This document shows, piece by piece, positions 38,620-49,000 of a stretch of DNA of 54,717 bases. Where the stretch lies: IMG/VR virus record IMGVR_UViG_3300025674_000053, positions 1 to 54,717 of that record; one strand, given 5' to 3'. The notes below the pieces were generated by a model that saw only the letters and a list, made by a program, of their open reading frames with translations, searched no databases and was not told the DNA's origin. Source of the stretch: a virus. Its lineage: Duplodnaviria; Caudoviricetes. The position numbers were made by a program, and so were the translations under genes. Every line of letters starts with the position of its first letter. Positions within the stretch are counted from its first letter, which is position 1.

Positions 38620-40375
38620 TTTTAGTAAAGATAAACTTTTAGATGATTTTGCACATGCAACTCTAAAAGATAGATATATGGTAGGTGATGAGACTTCACC
38701 TCAAGAAGCTTTTGCTCGTGCTGCAATGGCTTTTGCAGATGATGATGACCACGCACAAAGGTTATACGATTATGTAAGTAATCTGTGGTTTATGTTTGCC
38801 ACACCAGTATTATCAAATGGAGGTACTCGCAGAGGGCTTCCGATTAGTTGTTTTTTAAACTATGTTGATGATAGTAGAGAAGGAATTACAGACCATTTTG
38901 TAGAAAATGCGTTCTTAAGTTCTTTCGGAGGAGGTATTGGCGGTAGCTGGAGTGACGTAAGGTCTATGGGAAGTAAAACTTCTAAAGGCTCGGAATCCAC
39001 TGGTGTCATACCTTTTGTTAAAGTTGTAGATGCAGAGATGCTTGCATTCTCACAAGGTGTAACTAGACGGGGTAGTTATGCTGGGTATTTACATATCTCT
39101 CACCCCGAAATTGAGGAATTTTTAGATGTTAGGAAACCTACTGGCGGTGATACAAACCGCAAGTGTCTTAACCTTCACCACGGTATCGTTATATCTGATG
39201 CTTTCATGGAGCTCATACACTCCGCAAGTAAGTATCCCGACTTCGATGATAGTTGGGAGTTGGTTGACCCTCACTCTCATGAGGTCAGAAAAACTGTAAG
39301 TGCAAGAGCATTGTGGGTTAAGATACTACAAAATAGAATAGAAACAGGCGAGCCATACATAATGTATGAAGATGCAGTACAAAACGCCTTACCTGACTTT
39401 CAGAAAAGAAAGGGGTTACAAGTACATCACTCTAATTTATGTAGTGAGATTACTCTTGCTACTGACGAAGAAAGAACAGCAGTATGTTGTCTTTCTAGTG
39501 TAAATTTAGAGTATTATGATGAGTGGAAAAACCATCCCTCATTCATCCCCGACTTGATTAGGATGCTAGATAATGTATTAACATACTTTATTGAAAATGC
39601 ACCTAGTCAATTAGACAAGGCTAAGTTCAGTGCTTACAGGGAGAGAAGTATTGGACTTGGTGCAATGGGGTTTCATGCATACTTGCAGAAAAATAGTATT
39701 CCGTTTGAGAGTGCTATGGCAGGTGGTACAAACTTAGAAATGTTTGCATTTATTAAAAGACACGCAGACAACGAAACTAGAAAACTAGCGGCAGAAAGAG
39801 GTGCTTGTCCAGATGATGATTCTTGTACAGTAAGAAATGCTCATCTATTAGCTATTGCTCCTAATGCTAGTTCTAGTATTATTTGTGGAAACACAAGTCC
39901 AAGTATTGAGCCATATAGAGCCAATGCTTACACACAAAAAACAAAAACAGGAAGTAACTTAGTAAAAAATAAGTTCTTAGATAAAATCATCAAAGAAAAA
40001 GTTACTCCTGAACTGTATGATGAAACATGGTCTAGCATAGTTGCAAACAAAGGAAGTGTGCAGCATTTAGATATACTAGATGATTGGGAGAAAGATGTAT
40101 TCAAAACAGCAGTAGAAATTAATCAGTCGTGGGTTATAGAACACGCTTCAGTCAGACAAGAGTTTATCTGTCAGTCACAAAGTGTCAATCTATTCTTCCC
40201 GCCTGATGTAAATAAAGGGGATTTGCATAATGTTCATATGTTAGCATGGGCAAAGAACTTAAAAACATTATATTACCTAAGAAGTGAAGCTATTGGCAGA
40301 GCCGATAATGTATCTTCTTTGGCTAAAAGAGAGATAATCTTTGAGCAATCAGATTGTCTAAGTTGCGAGGGATAA
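38603..40375 (+). CDS. nrdA: Class I ribonucleotide reductase alpha subunit (short, no ATP cone)
   Basis: ATPVLSN, ISCFL, SNLCSEI, VCCLSS, APNASSS, LYYLRS, C-terminal CLSCEG. Confidence 0.95.
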   Translation: MSVKIDFSKDKLLDDFAHATLKDRYMVGDETSPQEAFARAAMAFADDDDHAQRLYDYVSNLWFMFATPVLSNGGTRRGLPISCFLNYVDDSREGITDHFVENAFLSSFGGGIGGSWSDVRSMGSKTSKGSESTGVIPFVKVVDAEMLAFSQGVTRRGSYAGYLHISHPEIEEFLDVRKPTGGDTNRKCLNLHHGIVISDAFMELIHSASKYPDFDDSWELVDPHSHEVRKTVSARALWVKILQNRIETGEPYIMYEDAVQNALPDFQKRKGLQVHHSNLCSEITLATDEERTAVCCLSSVNLEYYDEWKNHPSFIPDLIRMLDNVLTYFIENAPSQLDKAKFSAYRERSIGLGAMGFHAYLQKNSIPFESAMAGGTNLEMFAFIKRHADNETRKLAAERGACPDDDSCTVRNAHLLAIAPNASSSIICGNTSPSIEPYRANAYTQKTKTGSNLVKNKFLDKIIKEKVTPELYDETWSSIVANKGSVQHLDILDDWEKDVFKTAVEINQSWVIEHASVRQEFICQSQSVNLFFPPDVNKGDLHNVHMLAWAKNLKTLYYLRSEAIGRADNVSSLAKREIIFEQSDCLSCEG

Positions 40376-41338
40376 ATGAGCAAACTATTAGAAGAAAGAG
40401 ATTATTATAAACCTTTTGATTATCCTTGGGCGTTTGAGTTCTATAAGAAACAACAACAAATGCATTGGCTACCTGAAGAAGTGCCACTCCAAGATGACAT
40501 CAAAGATTATAACCAAAAATTATCAGAGGGCGAAAGAAAACTTATAGATAATATATTTAAGTTTTTTACACAAGCTGATGTAGATGTATGTTGTGGATAT
40601 GCAAAGCATTATTTACCAACATTCAAACAACCAGAAATAAGAATGATGCTAGTTAGTTATGCTGCTATGGAAGCAGTACACCAAGAAGCATATTCTTTGT
40701 TACTAGAGACATTAGGAAAGTCAGATGAACAATACACAGAGTTCTTTGAAATACAAGCTATGGCAGAGAAACATGAGTATTTAACTGACTTTAATATGTC
40801 AAGTCCACACGAGATTGCAAAAACAATGGCAGTTTATAGTGGATTTACAGAAGGAGTACAACTATTTAGTAGTTTTGCTATACTTCTAAACTATCCTAGA
40901 CATAATCTTATGAAAGGTATGGGGCAGATAGTAACATGGTCTATAAGAGACGAGTCACTTCATGTTGAAGGACTATCAAAACTCTTTAGGACTTTTATTG
41001 CAGAAAATCCAGATATATGGACAGATAAACTGAAATATGAGATATATTGTGCAGCAGAACGCGTTGTTGAATTAGAAGATAAGTTTATTGATGTTTGTTT
41101 TGATAAAGCAGACATACCTGACTTAACAGCGAAGGAAGTAAAAGAGTATATTAGATATATTGCAGATAGAAGATTACTAGGTCTAGGAATGAAAAACATA
41201 TTCCATAGTACTACTAATCCACTGCCTTGGATTGATATGCAAGTAAACGCAGTTGAGCATACCAACTTTTTTGAAAACCGTGCTACCGAGTATGCTAAGG
41301 CTAGTACACAAGGAAATTGGCAGGATATATTTAAATGA
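40376..41338 (+). CDS. nrdB: Class I ribonucleotide reductase beta subunit
   Basis: HWLPEE, EAVHQEAYS, EGVQLFSSF, DESLH, NFFE.R.TEY. Confidence 0.95.
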   Translation: MSKLLEERDYYKPFDYPWAFEFYKKQQQMHWLPEEVPLQDDIKDYNQKLSEGERKLIDNIFKFFTQADVDVCCGYAKHYLPTFKQPEIRMMLVSYAAMEAVHQEAYSLLLETLGKSDEQYTEFFEIQAMAEKHEYLTDFNMSSPHEIAKTMAVYSGFTEGVQLFSSFAILLNYPRHNLMKGMGQIVTWSIRDESLHVEGLSKLFRTFIAENPDIWTDKLKYEIYCAAERVVELEDKFIDVCFDKADIPDLTAKEVKEYIRYIADRRLLGLGMKNIFHSTTNPLPWIDMQVNAVEHTNFFENRATEYAKASTQGNWQDIFK

Positions 41339-41553
41339 GCGAAGAACAAAGTATCACCATTGACGGCGTAGCACACTTTATTAGAGATTTATCTGATGAA
41401 CAGAAAGCTATAGTTACGTCTATAAATGTGGCAGACCAAGAGATTGAAAGATGTAAACATCTTATAGCTATCTGCCAGACAGCCAGACAGGCTTATATTA
41501 ATGATTTAGGTAATCAATTAAATAGTAGCGATGTCGGTGAAGAAGACAGTTAG
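41335..41553 (+). CDS. Small hypothetical protein (DUF6447-like coiled coil)
   Basis: ITIDG...DLSDEQK pattern; ATGA coupling. Confidence 0.55.
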   Translation: MSEEQSITIDGVAHFIRDLSDEQKAIVTSINVADQEIERCKHLIAICQTARQAYINDLGNQLNSSDVGEEDS

Positions 41554-42844
41554 ATTTTATATACTCACTACTGCAGCAGGTAGGTATTTAGACTGGTATG
41601 ACAGAAGTGCCTCTACAGACACTAGTTTTAAAAGTTTACAAATACATTTTGACCCGCGATGGTCAAATATACCTTACAAAGATGCAGTAGTAGTTATAAA
41701 TACGCCTGACTCGGGGTATGAACAAGCAGTAAGTAAGTGGTGTTCTGAAAGAAACATAGAACACCATATTACTGAATGTAATGGAACTCCAGGTAAAGGA
41801 AAAAATGAACTGCTAAAAATATTCTTGAAGTCTAATGACGACTACATGGTACAAATTGACGGAGATGATATGTTAACCCCTTACGGGGTTGATTTGTATA
41901 AAGGGTTTGCAAAAGAAGGTGCGCCCGATAGTATAATTATATATCATCAGTGGTCTCAGTTTATAGATAAATATGGACAAAGACACTTCACAAGAATCAT
42001 GAATAATCAAGATAGACCTGCAAATTTTGAGAAAGATAAAGAATTTCTGGGTCAGTACATGCCATTAGCTTATAAGTATCAGAAATGGTATAGAAAAAAA
42101 GTTGATGAACTAGGTGGACTAGAGGCTGTTATAAATAAATTTGCTCAGTATACAAATGATATGCATGAGATGTGTAGAAAGTATAATGAAACATACTTCT
42201 CTCATGTGACTAATCAGATGATGGTAGATAATCACTGTAGACCTGTATGGTATTCAAGAAAAGCAGCAGAGTACAGATTTGATGAAACTATGCGAATAGG
42301 AGAAGATACTAGATTCTATTTACATTTAAAGACAGCGCACTATAAAGGATTACTAAATGTTAAAAGATTAAAAGAAGTTCCTTGTAGTTATGTATATAAT
42401 AATTTGTATGGCGGAATAGTAGCAGACGAATCAAATGGCATGACTAATATGCTTTGGATGGAAAAGTATATGAAGTATGTAGAACAAGATGTAAAAGAAG
42501 GGAAAATAGGTAAATACCCAAATTTACCCGAATTACAAGTGTCTATACCAGACCAAGTAAACGATTATTATATCACACAAGAGTTTAATATAGATGATTT
42601 AGACCCTAATAGTGAAGCATATAAGAACATAAAACTGTGCGATGAAACTAGAATTGCACTAAAAAACAAAATAAAAAGGATTCAAGAAGATACTTACTTT
42701 TCATCTAAAAAGCTGATTACTAGTATAAAACCTGGAGGAGCACACTGGGCATACTTCTCTAATCCTTTCTTTAAAAATATTTATTCCGTCTGTCCTATGG
42801 GAGAGAAAATGGAACATTACTTTCAAAAAAGGATAATACTATGA
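41531..42844 (+). CDS. Putative GT2-like glycosyltransferase
   Basis: VVVIN, ECNGTPGKGKN, YMVQIDGDD, IGED motifs. Confidence 0.6.
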   Translation: MSVKKTVRFYILTTAAGRYLDWYDRSASTDTSFKSLQIHFDPRWSNIPYKDAVVVINTPDSGYEQAVSKWCSERNIEHHITECNGTPGKGKNELLKIFLKSNDDYMVQIDGDDMLTPYGVDLYKGFAKEGAPDSIIIYHQWSQFIDKYGQRHFTRIMNNQDRPANFEKDKEFLGQYMPLAYKYQKWYRKKVDELGGLEAVINKFAQYTNDMHEMCRKYNETYFSHVTNQMMVDNHCRPVWYSRKAAEYRFDETMRIGEDTRFYLHLKTAHYKGLLNVKRLKEVPCSYVYNNLYGGIVADESNGMTNMLWMEKYMKYVEQDVKEGKIGKYPNLPELQVSIPDQVNDYYITQEFNIDDLDPNSEAYKNIKLCDETRIALKNKIKRIQEDTYFSSKKLITSIKPGGAHWAYFSNPFFKNIYSVCPMGEKMEHYFQKRIIL

Positions 42845-43470
42845 AAATTTTTATTGGGTACGAATCTGAATACCCAGAAATGTTTGACGTATGTGCAAAA
42901 AGCATAACTCGTTACAATTCCAATCATGAAATCATACCACTCAAAAAATCGGAAATATCCGAATATACTCGTCCATTTCAGAACGAGAGTACGGAATTTG
43001 CCTTTACTCGTTTTCTAGTACCACAGCTCTGTGACTACGAAGGACAAGCTTTATTCTGTGATGGAGATTTCTTATGGCTTTGTGACCCTGAAGAAGTTAT
43101 GGATTATTTTTCCGATGAACATACAGTTCATGTGGTAAAACATCCTAGTTTCCTCGTTAAGACTAAGAAAATGATAAACAAGAAAAATCATGGTTATCCT
43201 AGAAAATACTGGTCAAGTCTCATGCTTTTTAATAATCCTAAGTGTACAGAACTTACTTATGATTATGTAAACCAAGCCCCAGCGGGTGCATTGCATGAGT
43301 TGCGGTGGGCGGACAGCATAGGAGAACTTCCCGCGCAGTACAATGCCATGGTAAATTACTACAAATTTAAAAGACCAAAAGCCCTACACTACACAGACGG
43401 CGGGCCTTGGTTAAATATAAACGAAGACTCGGAGCTTACAGCATTATGGATGAAACTTTACAGAAGTTAA
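42841..43470 (+). CDS. GT8-like glycosyltransferase
   Basis: KIFIGY, STEFAFTRFLVP, FCDGDF, YPRKYWSSLMLFN, HYTDGGPW. Confidence 0.82.
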   Translation: MKIFIGYESEYPEMFDVCAKSITRYNSNHEIIPLKKSEISEYTRPFQNESTEFAFTRFLVPQLCDYEGQALFCDGDFLWLCDPEEVMDYFSDEHTVHVVKHPSFLVKTKKMINKKNHGYPRKYWSSLMLFNNPKCTELTYDYVNQAPAGALHELRWADSIGELPAQYNAMVNYYKFKRPKALHYTDGGPWLNINEDSELTALWMKLYRS

Positions 43471-44108
43471 CAGAAAACAAAAATTTAATACTTGTGGGAA
43501 ACTCTGTCGAAATCATGCAATATGATTTTGGACAATACATAGATAGTTTTGACACAGTTGTGCGATTTGGGAAAGGTGTACCTGACATTACAAATAGTGA
43601 ACATGTGGGAACTCGTACAGATATTTGGATTACTGGATGGTTAAGAATGAACTTCTATCCTGCGTTTGAAAAAGCATACCCCTTGTTTAATCGTTGCCGT
43701 ATAAATCTCGACAAATACCCAGACCATAGAGGAGCACCGCCTTGGGGTCACGATAATGATATGTTCTCAGATGAAGAATTAAAAGTTATATTTGAAGATG
43801 TTGGTGCAGTTAATAATAAATGGGGGAAGGGCAAACGTCCAAGTGCAGGTTATCTCGGTATATTATTTTTCTTACAGAAGTGTAATTATAAAAGTTTGAC
43901 ACTAATTGGATTTGATTTCTTTTCTAAAAAGTTACCAATAAAGACAGGCGAAGATTACCCTTCAAGTTGGCACATGCCTATAAATGCTTCGGGTACAAAT
44001 CCTCATAATCCTAATGAAAAAGAGATAGTTTCTAAATGGAGAGATGAAGGTAAGTTAAATTGGAAAGTTCTTTCCGACCTAAAAGAGGAGATGTTAAAGT
44101 TTTCCTAA
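43446..44108 (+). CDS. GT29 sialyltransferase-like protein
   Basis: LILVGNS...GQYIDSFDTVVRF...VGTRTD (sialylmotif L-like), PSAG...LIGFDF (S-like), H....E (VS-like). Confidence 0.7.
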   Translation: MDETLQKLTENKNLILVGNSVEIMQYDFGQYIDSFDTVVRFGKGVPDITNSEHVGTRTDIWITGWLRMNFYPAFEKAYPLFNRCRINLDKYPDHRGAPPWGHDNDMFSDEELKVIFEDVGAVNNKWGKGKRPSAGYLGILFFLQKCNYKSLTLIGFDFFSKKLPIKTGEDYPSSWHMPINASGTNPHNPNEKEIVSKWRDEGKLNWKVLSDLKEEMLKFS

Positions 44109-45014
44109 TCTATATCCTACTTGTATAAGTTTACTCGCAGTACCTTTTTGTCTATTTGATTTGTATGATATGTTTTCACATACTCTTGCATTTCTATAGT
44201 TTACAGGTATCTTTGGTATAAGGTCTGCATATAGTTCCCATGGAGTAGATAGTTGAGTTCCTGTAGTACACTTAGCATATCCAAGTTCTAGTGCCTTTGT
44301 AGGCATAGCAATACTCCAAGATTTTCTAAGCATTACATTATAATTCAAGTATTCTCTTGAAGGCAAAGCATCCCATTGAATAAGCAAATCACTCTTACCA
44401 TTCATATATCTAGGTAATACTCCGTGTGGTCTATTGTGTAATTTTGAAAAGAAGAACTGGTTTGTTGCTGCAAGTACTCTACTGTCGTAGTTCTGATAAA
44501 AGCCTTGTGCATAGAATAAATCAGTATCTCTTGCATCTTTTAGTAAGTCGTAGTTTATCATAAAAAACTCTGTGTCCCAGTTTGCAGGCATGTCTCCTTT
44601 AGCAAAATCTAGTATACCGTAGTAGTTTTCAAAATGAGGGTGTCCTATAAAAGTTTTCTTTCTTGACAAGTGTGCCATTTTATTTTGGAAAAAGTCTTCG
44701 CTTGGTATTTCATTCTTCCAATTATCTTTTAGGAATATTCTATTTCCACCTGCATACATAATTCTTTTATGCAACCCTTTATCTTTCCAGAATAGTCTAA
44801 GATGTTGTATTGCTCTTGCAGCAAAATCTTTCTTCCAATAGCTTTCGTAGATTCTTACATTGGGTATATTTTCAAATATCCAGCTTACTGGCAAATCGGC
44901 ATAGTCATCCTCATGCACATATAAGTGCAGACGAAAATCCTCATCTTTGTCAATCAGCGAAGCTATAGTGAAGTAACTCCAGTCTGGCTTCCATGTATGT
45001 ACTATCTCAATCAT
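44094..45014 (-). CDS. Hypothetical protein, possibly degenerate GT-A glycosyltransferase
   Basis: TIASL, FFMINYD and LPRYMN resemble the GT8 layout, but no DxD is present. Confidence 0.4.
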   Translation of the reverse strand: MIEIVHTWKPDWSYFTIASLIDKDEDFRLHLYVHEDDYADLPVSWIFENIPNVRIYESYWKKDFAARAIQHLRLFWKDKGLHKRIMYAGGNRIFLKDNWKNEIPSEDFFQNKMAHLSRKKTFIGHPHFENYYGILDFAKGDMPANWDTEFFMINYDLLKDARDTDLFYAQGFYQNYDSRVLAATNQFFFSKLHNRPHGVLPRYMNGKSDLLIQWDALPSREYLNYNVMLRKSWSIAMPTKALELGYAKCTTGTQLSTPWELYADLIPKIPVNYRNARVCENISYKSNRQKGTASKLIQVGYRLGKL

Positions 45015-45891
45015 TTGTTTTCTTAAACTCCCAAAAATTATTTATATAATTATTCATTCGTGCTTGTGCATCTTCATCAAAGGCAAATATAATACCTGAA
45101 TTAGTTGCTGAAAATATTTTTTCTATACCGCCTCTTGCTTGTGCACAGGCATAGTAAATACTTTCGTATGTTAGTAAACTTTTTTCTCTTTCTTCTTTTG
45201 TATAACTTATCATTCTTAAATGCTTCTTAAGTAATAATGCAATGAGTCCCATTTCACTATTTGGCATTGTAGCAACATGAGAACATTTCATTAATAGTTC
45301 CATACCACCTGATTTTTTATCTAAAACTTTGTCTTTGCCAAACTTTCTTTTTAGTCTAGCAACATATAAATCAGTAGTAATTGGATGTGGTTTTATTACA
45401 TAACCTTCATCTATACATTGTTTTATTCTACCCCAATGAACACAATTTGGTTTAGTAAGTAAGTTTGTTCCTGGAGGAAATACTACTTTATCGTATTCTT
45501 CATCAGTATGTTTTAAATGATATTTATTTCTAAGATTATTTTTGACTTTTTGTATTCGTTCTTCGTCAATTTTTATGTCAGAATTAACAATACTTAACAT
45601 CAATTTATCATTTATTTTTACACTAGGAACCCTTAAGTATATACCTGCTCCTAGAAAATCTGTGTATAACCACTTTCTAATAGTATGTAATTCATTAGTA
45701 TTGAACCACACATCATATTCAAAAGTTAGTCCAAACCTTTGGTCTGGGATAAGTTCCTTTTTCATTTGACCCAGTTCATTTAAATCTTCTTTAGGTCTTG
45801 TACAAGAACCTGATTTAAATATATGAGTTGTTTGGTCACCTAATTCTTCTACAGAAGCAAAAGGTACTAATTTATTAGTCCTTACTACCAT
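45007..45891 (-). CDS. Capsule polysaccharide KpsS/KpsC-like (GT-B) protein
   Basis: VIKPHP motif followed by ELL....V.T..SEMGLIALL..K. Confidence 0.6.
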   Translation of the reverse strand: MVVRTNKLVPFASVEELGDQTTHIFKSGSCTRPKEDLNELGQMKKELIPDQRFGLTFEYDVWFNTNELHTIRKWLYTDFLGAGIYLRVPSVKINDKLMLSIVNSDIKIDEERIQKVKNNLRNKYHLKHTDEEYDKVVFPPGTNLLTKPNCVHWGRIKQCIDEGYVIKPHPITTDLYVARLKRKFGKDKVLDKKSGGMELLMKCSHVATMPNSEMGLIALLLKKHLRMISYTKEEREKSLLTYESIYYACAQARGGIEKIFSATNSGIIFAFDEDAQARMNNYINNFWEFKKTND

Positions 45892-46051
45892 TCTCTAGCC
45901 TTTTAATTGTATGTTTTAAATCTACTATATGTAACTCTTGTTCTTTCAGTCTTTCTTCAAACTGATGGATTGAGTCAAATAAAGCACTGGCTAAGCTTTC
46001 TAGCTTGTCACTCACATATTTAGGAGTGATATCTTTTTCTTCTAATTTCAT
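45875..46051 (-). CDS. Small coiled-coil protein
   Basis: GGAG SD before ATG 46051; heptad pattern. Confidence 0.6.
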   Translation of the reverse strand: MKLEEKDITPKYVSDKLESLASALFDSIHQFEERLKEQELHIVDLKHTIKRLENGSKD

Positions 46052-46071
46052 TGTTTCTCCGTTGGTAATTA

Positions 46072-49000
46072 TTAATCTTCCGACCACTGGCTACCATCCC
46101 AGAAGGACGCATTAAATGCTTCTGCGCTAGAAACTTCTGTGTCGAAGATTGTTCCAGCTGCTGATGCGGTAATTCTTTCAAATACTTGTGTACCTGTCTC
46201 AAACGTTGTAGTTGTAGTAGGAGTTGTCGTCCTAGTTGTATCTGTATCTCTAGTTGTTTGAATTGTTGTAGTTGTACTTTGACCTGTTGCATAGGTTGTA
46301 GTTCTAGTTGTATTGAATGTTGTAGTTGTATTAAATACTGTTGTTCTACTTGTTTCAGTCGCTCTACTAGTATTGAATGTACTTGTCGTGTCTCTACTAG
46401 ACCCTGTGCTTCTACTTGTAAGAGAGGCTCTTGAAGTTTCATATGTAGATACTGTGTCTTGACTTGTGACAGTTCCTCTACTTGTAAGAGAATCTCTTGA
46501 GGTTGCAAAGGTAGATACTGTATCTTTGCTTGTAACAGTTCCTCTAGTTGTTTCTGATAGTCTAGAAGTGTTGTATGTAGATACTGTATCTTTTGAAGTA
46601 AGTGTTGATTTACTTGTCCCTGTAGTAGTATTTGTATCAAACGTTGTAGTTGTACTTTTACTTGTGCCTGTTGACCTAGTTGTAAGAGTTCCTTGAGAAG
46701 TAGCATATACTGTCGTGGTGTCTCTACTTGTAAGAGTTGCATTACTTGTATCTGTTGATTGTGTTGTATTAAATACTGTTGTAGTATCTTTACTTGTTCC
46801 TGTAGTTCTAGTTGTATCTGATACTCTTGAAGTATTAAATGTAGTACTTGTACTTTTGTCTGTTCCTGTAGTTCTAGTTGTATCTGACAGTCTAGAAGTA
46901 TTAAATGTTGTTGTTGTATCTCTATCTGTAACTGTTCCTCTAGCTGTGTTAAATACTGTTGTAGTATCTCTACTTGTTCCTGTGCTTCTAGAAGATAGTC
47001 TTGAAGTTTGATATGTTGTCTCAAATTCTGTAGTTCTACTTGTATTTGTTGTCTGAGTAGTATTATAACTTGTTGACTGCGCAGTATTACTTGTTCTACT
47101 CGTATTTGTTGTAAATGATGTATTGTACGAGGTAGACTGTGCCGTACTACTCGTTCTACTCGTATTCGTTGTAAATGATGTATTATACGAAGTAGATTGT
47201 GCAGTACTACTTGTTCTACTTGTATTTGTTGTAAATGATGTATTATACGAAGTAGATTGTGACGTACCAGTTGTTTTACTTGTATTTGTTGTAAACGACG
47301 TGTTGTACGAAGTAGATTGTGCAGTACTACTTGTTCTACTTGTGTTAGTAGATTGTGTAGTAGTGTAACTTGTTGATTGTGCAGTATTACTTGTTCTACT
47401 TGTATTAGTAGATTGTGTAGTAGTATAACTTGTTGACTGCGAAGTATTACTTGTTCTACTTGTATTTGTTACCTGAGTAGTAGTATAACTTGTGGAAATA
47501 ATAGTATCTGTAGTTGCTGAAGTATTTGTAGTCCTTGTTGTAGCAAAGGACGTATTGTTAGTAAATACTGTTGTTCTACTTGTGTTTGTGCTTCTTGCAG
47601 TTGTAAATGATGTATTATCAGTATATTGTGTAAGTCTACTTGTATTTGTACTTCTTGTGGTAGCAAAGGATGTGTTATCAGTAAATACTGTTGTTCTACT
47701 TGTTGCAGTATTTCTTGTTGTAGCTTGTGATGTATTATCACTATATTCTGTAAGTCTACTTGTCGCAGTATTTCTTGTTGTAGCTTGTGATGTATTATCA
47801 GTATATTCAGTTGTTCTACTTGTTGCAGTATTTCTAGTTGTAGCTTGCGATGTATTATCAGTGTATTGTGTAAGTCTACTTGTGTTAGTAGAGTTTGTAA
47901 AGCCTGTACTTCTTGTTGTAGCAAAGGACGTATTGTTAGAAGTATTTGTATTTCTACTTGTCGCAGTGTTTCTTGTTGTACCTGCTAAGTCTTCAGTTAC
48001 TCTAGTCGTATTATTTGTAAATGCAGTATTTACAGATGTGTTTGTTCCGAAAGACGTAGCGTTTGTGAATGATGTATTACTAGCATACTCTGTAGTTCTT
48101 GCTGTATTATTTGTAAATCCTGTACTTCTACTTGTGTTTGTTCCAAAGGATGTAGAGTTTGTAAATCCTGTGTTATCGGTATATTCAGTTGTTCTTGCTG
48201 TGTTATTTGTAAATCCTGTACTTACACTTGTGTTTGTACCGAAGGATGTAGAGTTTGTAAACCCTGTACTTGCTGTATATTCAGTTGTTCTCGCTGTGTT
48301 TGTAGCGAATGAAGTAGCATTTGTAAACTCTGTAGTTCTCGCTGTGTTAGTTGCGAATGAAGTAGAATTTGTAAACGCTGTATTTCTTGCTGTGTTGGTA
48401 GCTTGAGAAGTGTTGTAATTAGTACCTGTAATACCTGCAGTAATAGTATCCGTAAATAATGTAGCTTGAACGTAGCCCTGACTATAAGAGAAGTATGTAT
48501 ACGTAAACGAAGTAGTAGTAACATGCGATGTATTTGTAGCCCTACTAGTTCCAAAACTGGTATTATTTGTAAATCCTGTACTTCTTGCTGTGTTTGTATT
48601 TCTTGTAGTATTATTTGTAAATCCTGTACTTCTTGCTGTGTTTGTATTTCTTGTAGTATTATTTGTAAAGCCTGTACTGTTTGATGTATTTGTATTTCTA
48701 GCAGTATTTGTGTTTCTAGTTGTATTTGCTGCAAATTCTGTAGTTCTTGCTGTGTTAGTTGCGAATGAAGTACTTCTTGATGTATTTGTACCTCTTGCTG
48801 TATTTGTATTTCTAGTCGTGTTAGCTGTATATTCAGTTGTTCTTGCTGTGTTTGTAGCAAATGAAGTAGAATTTGACGTGTTTGTACTTCTACTTGTTGC
48901 AGTATTTCTAGATGTATTTGCCGTAAACTCTGAAACTCTCGATGTATTCGTAGCAAAGGCCGTAGCGAAAGATGTATTTGTACCAAACGAAGTAGAGTTT

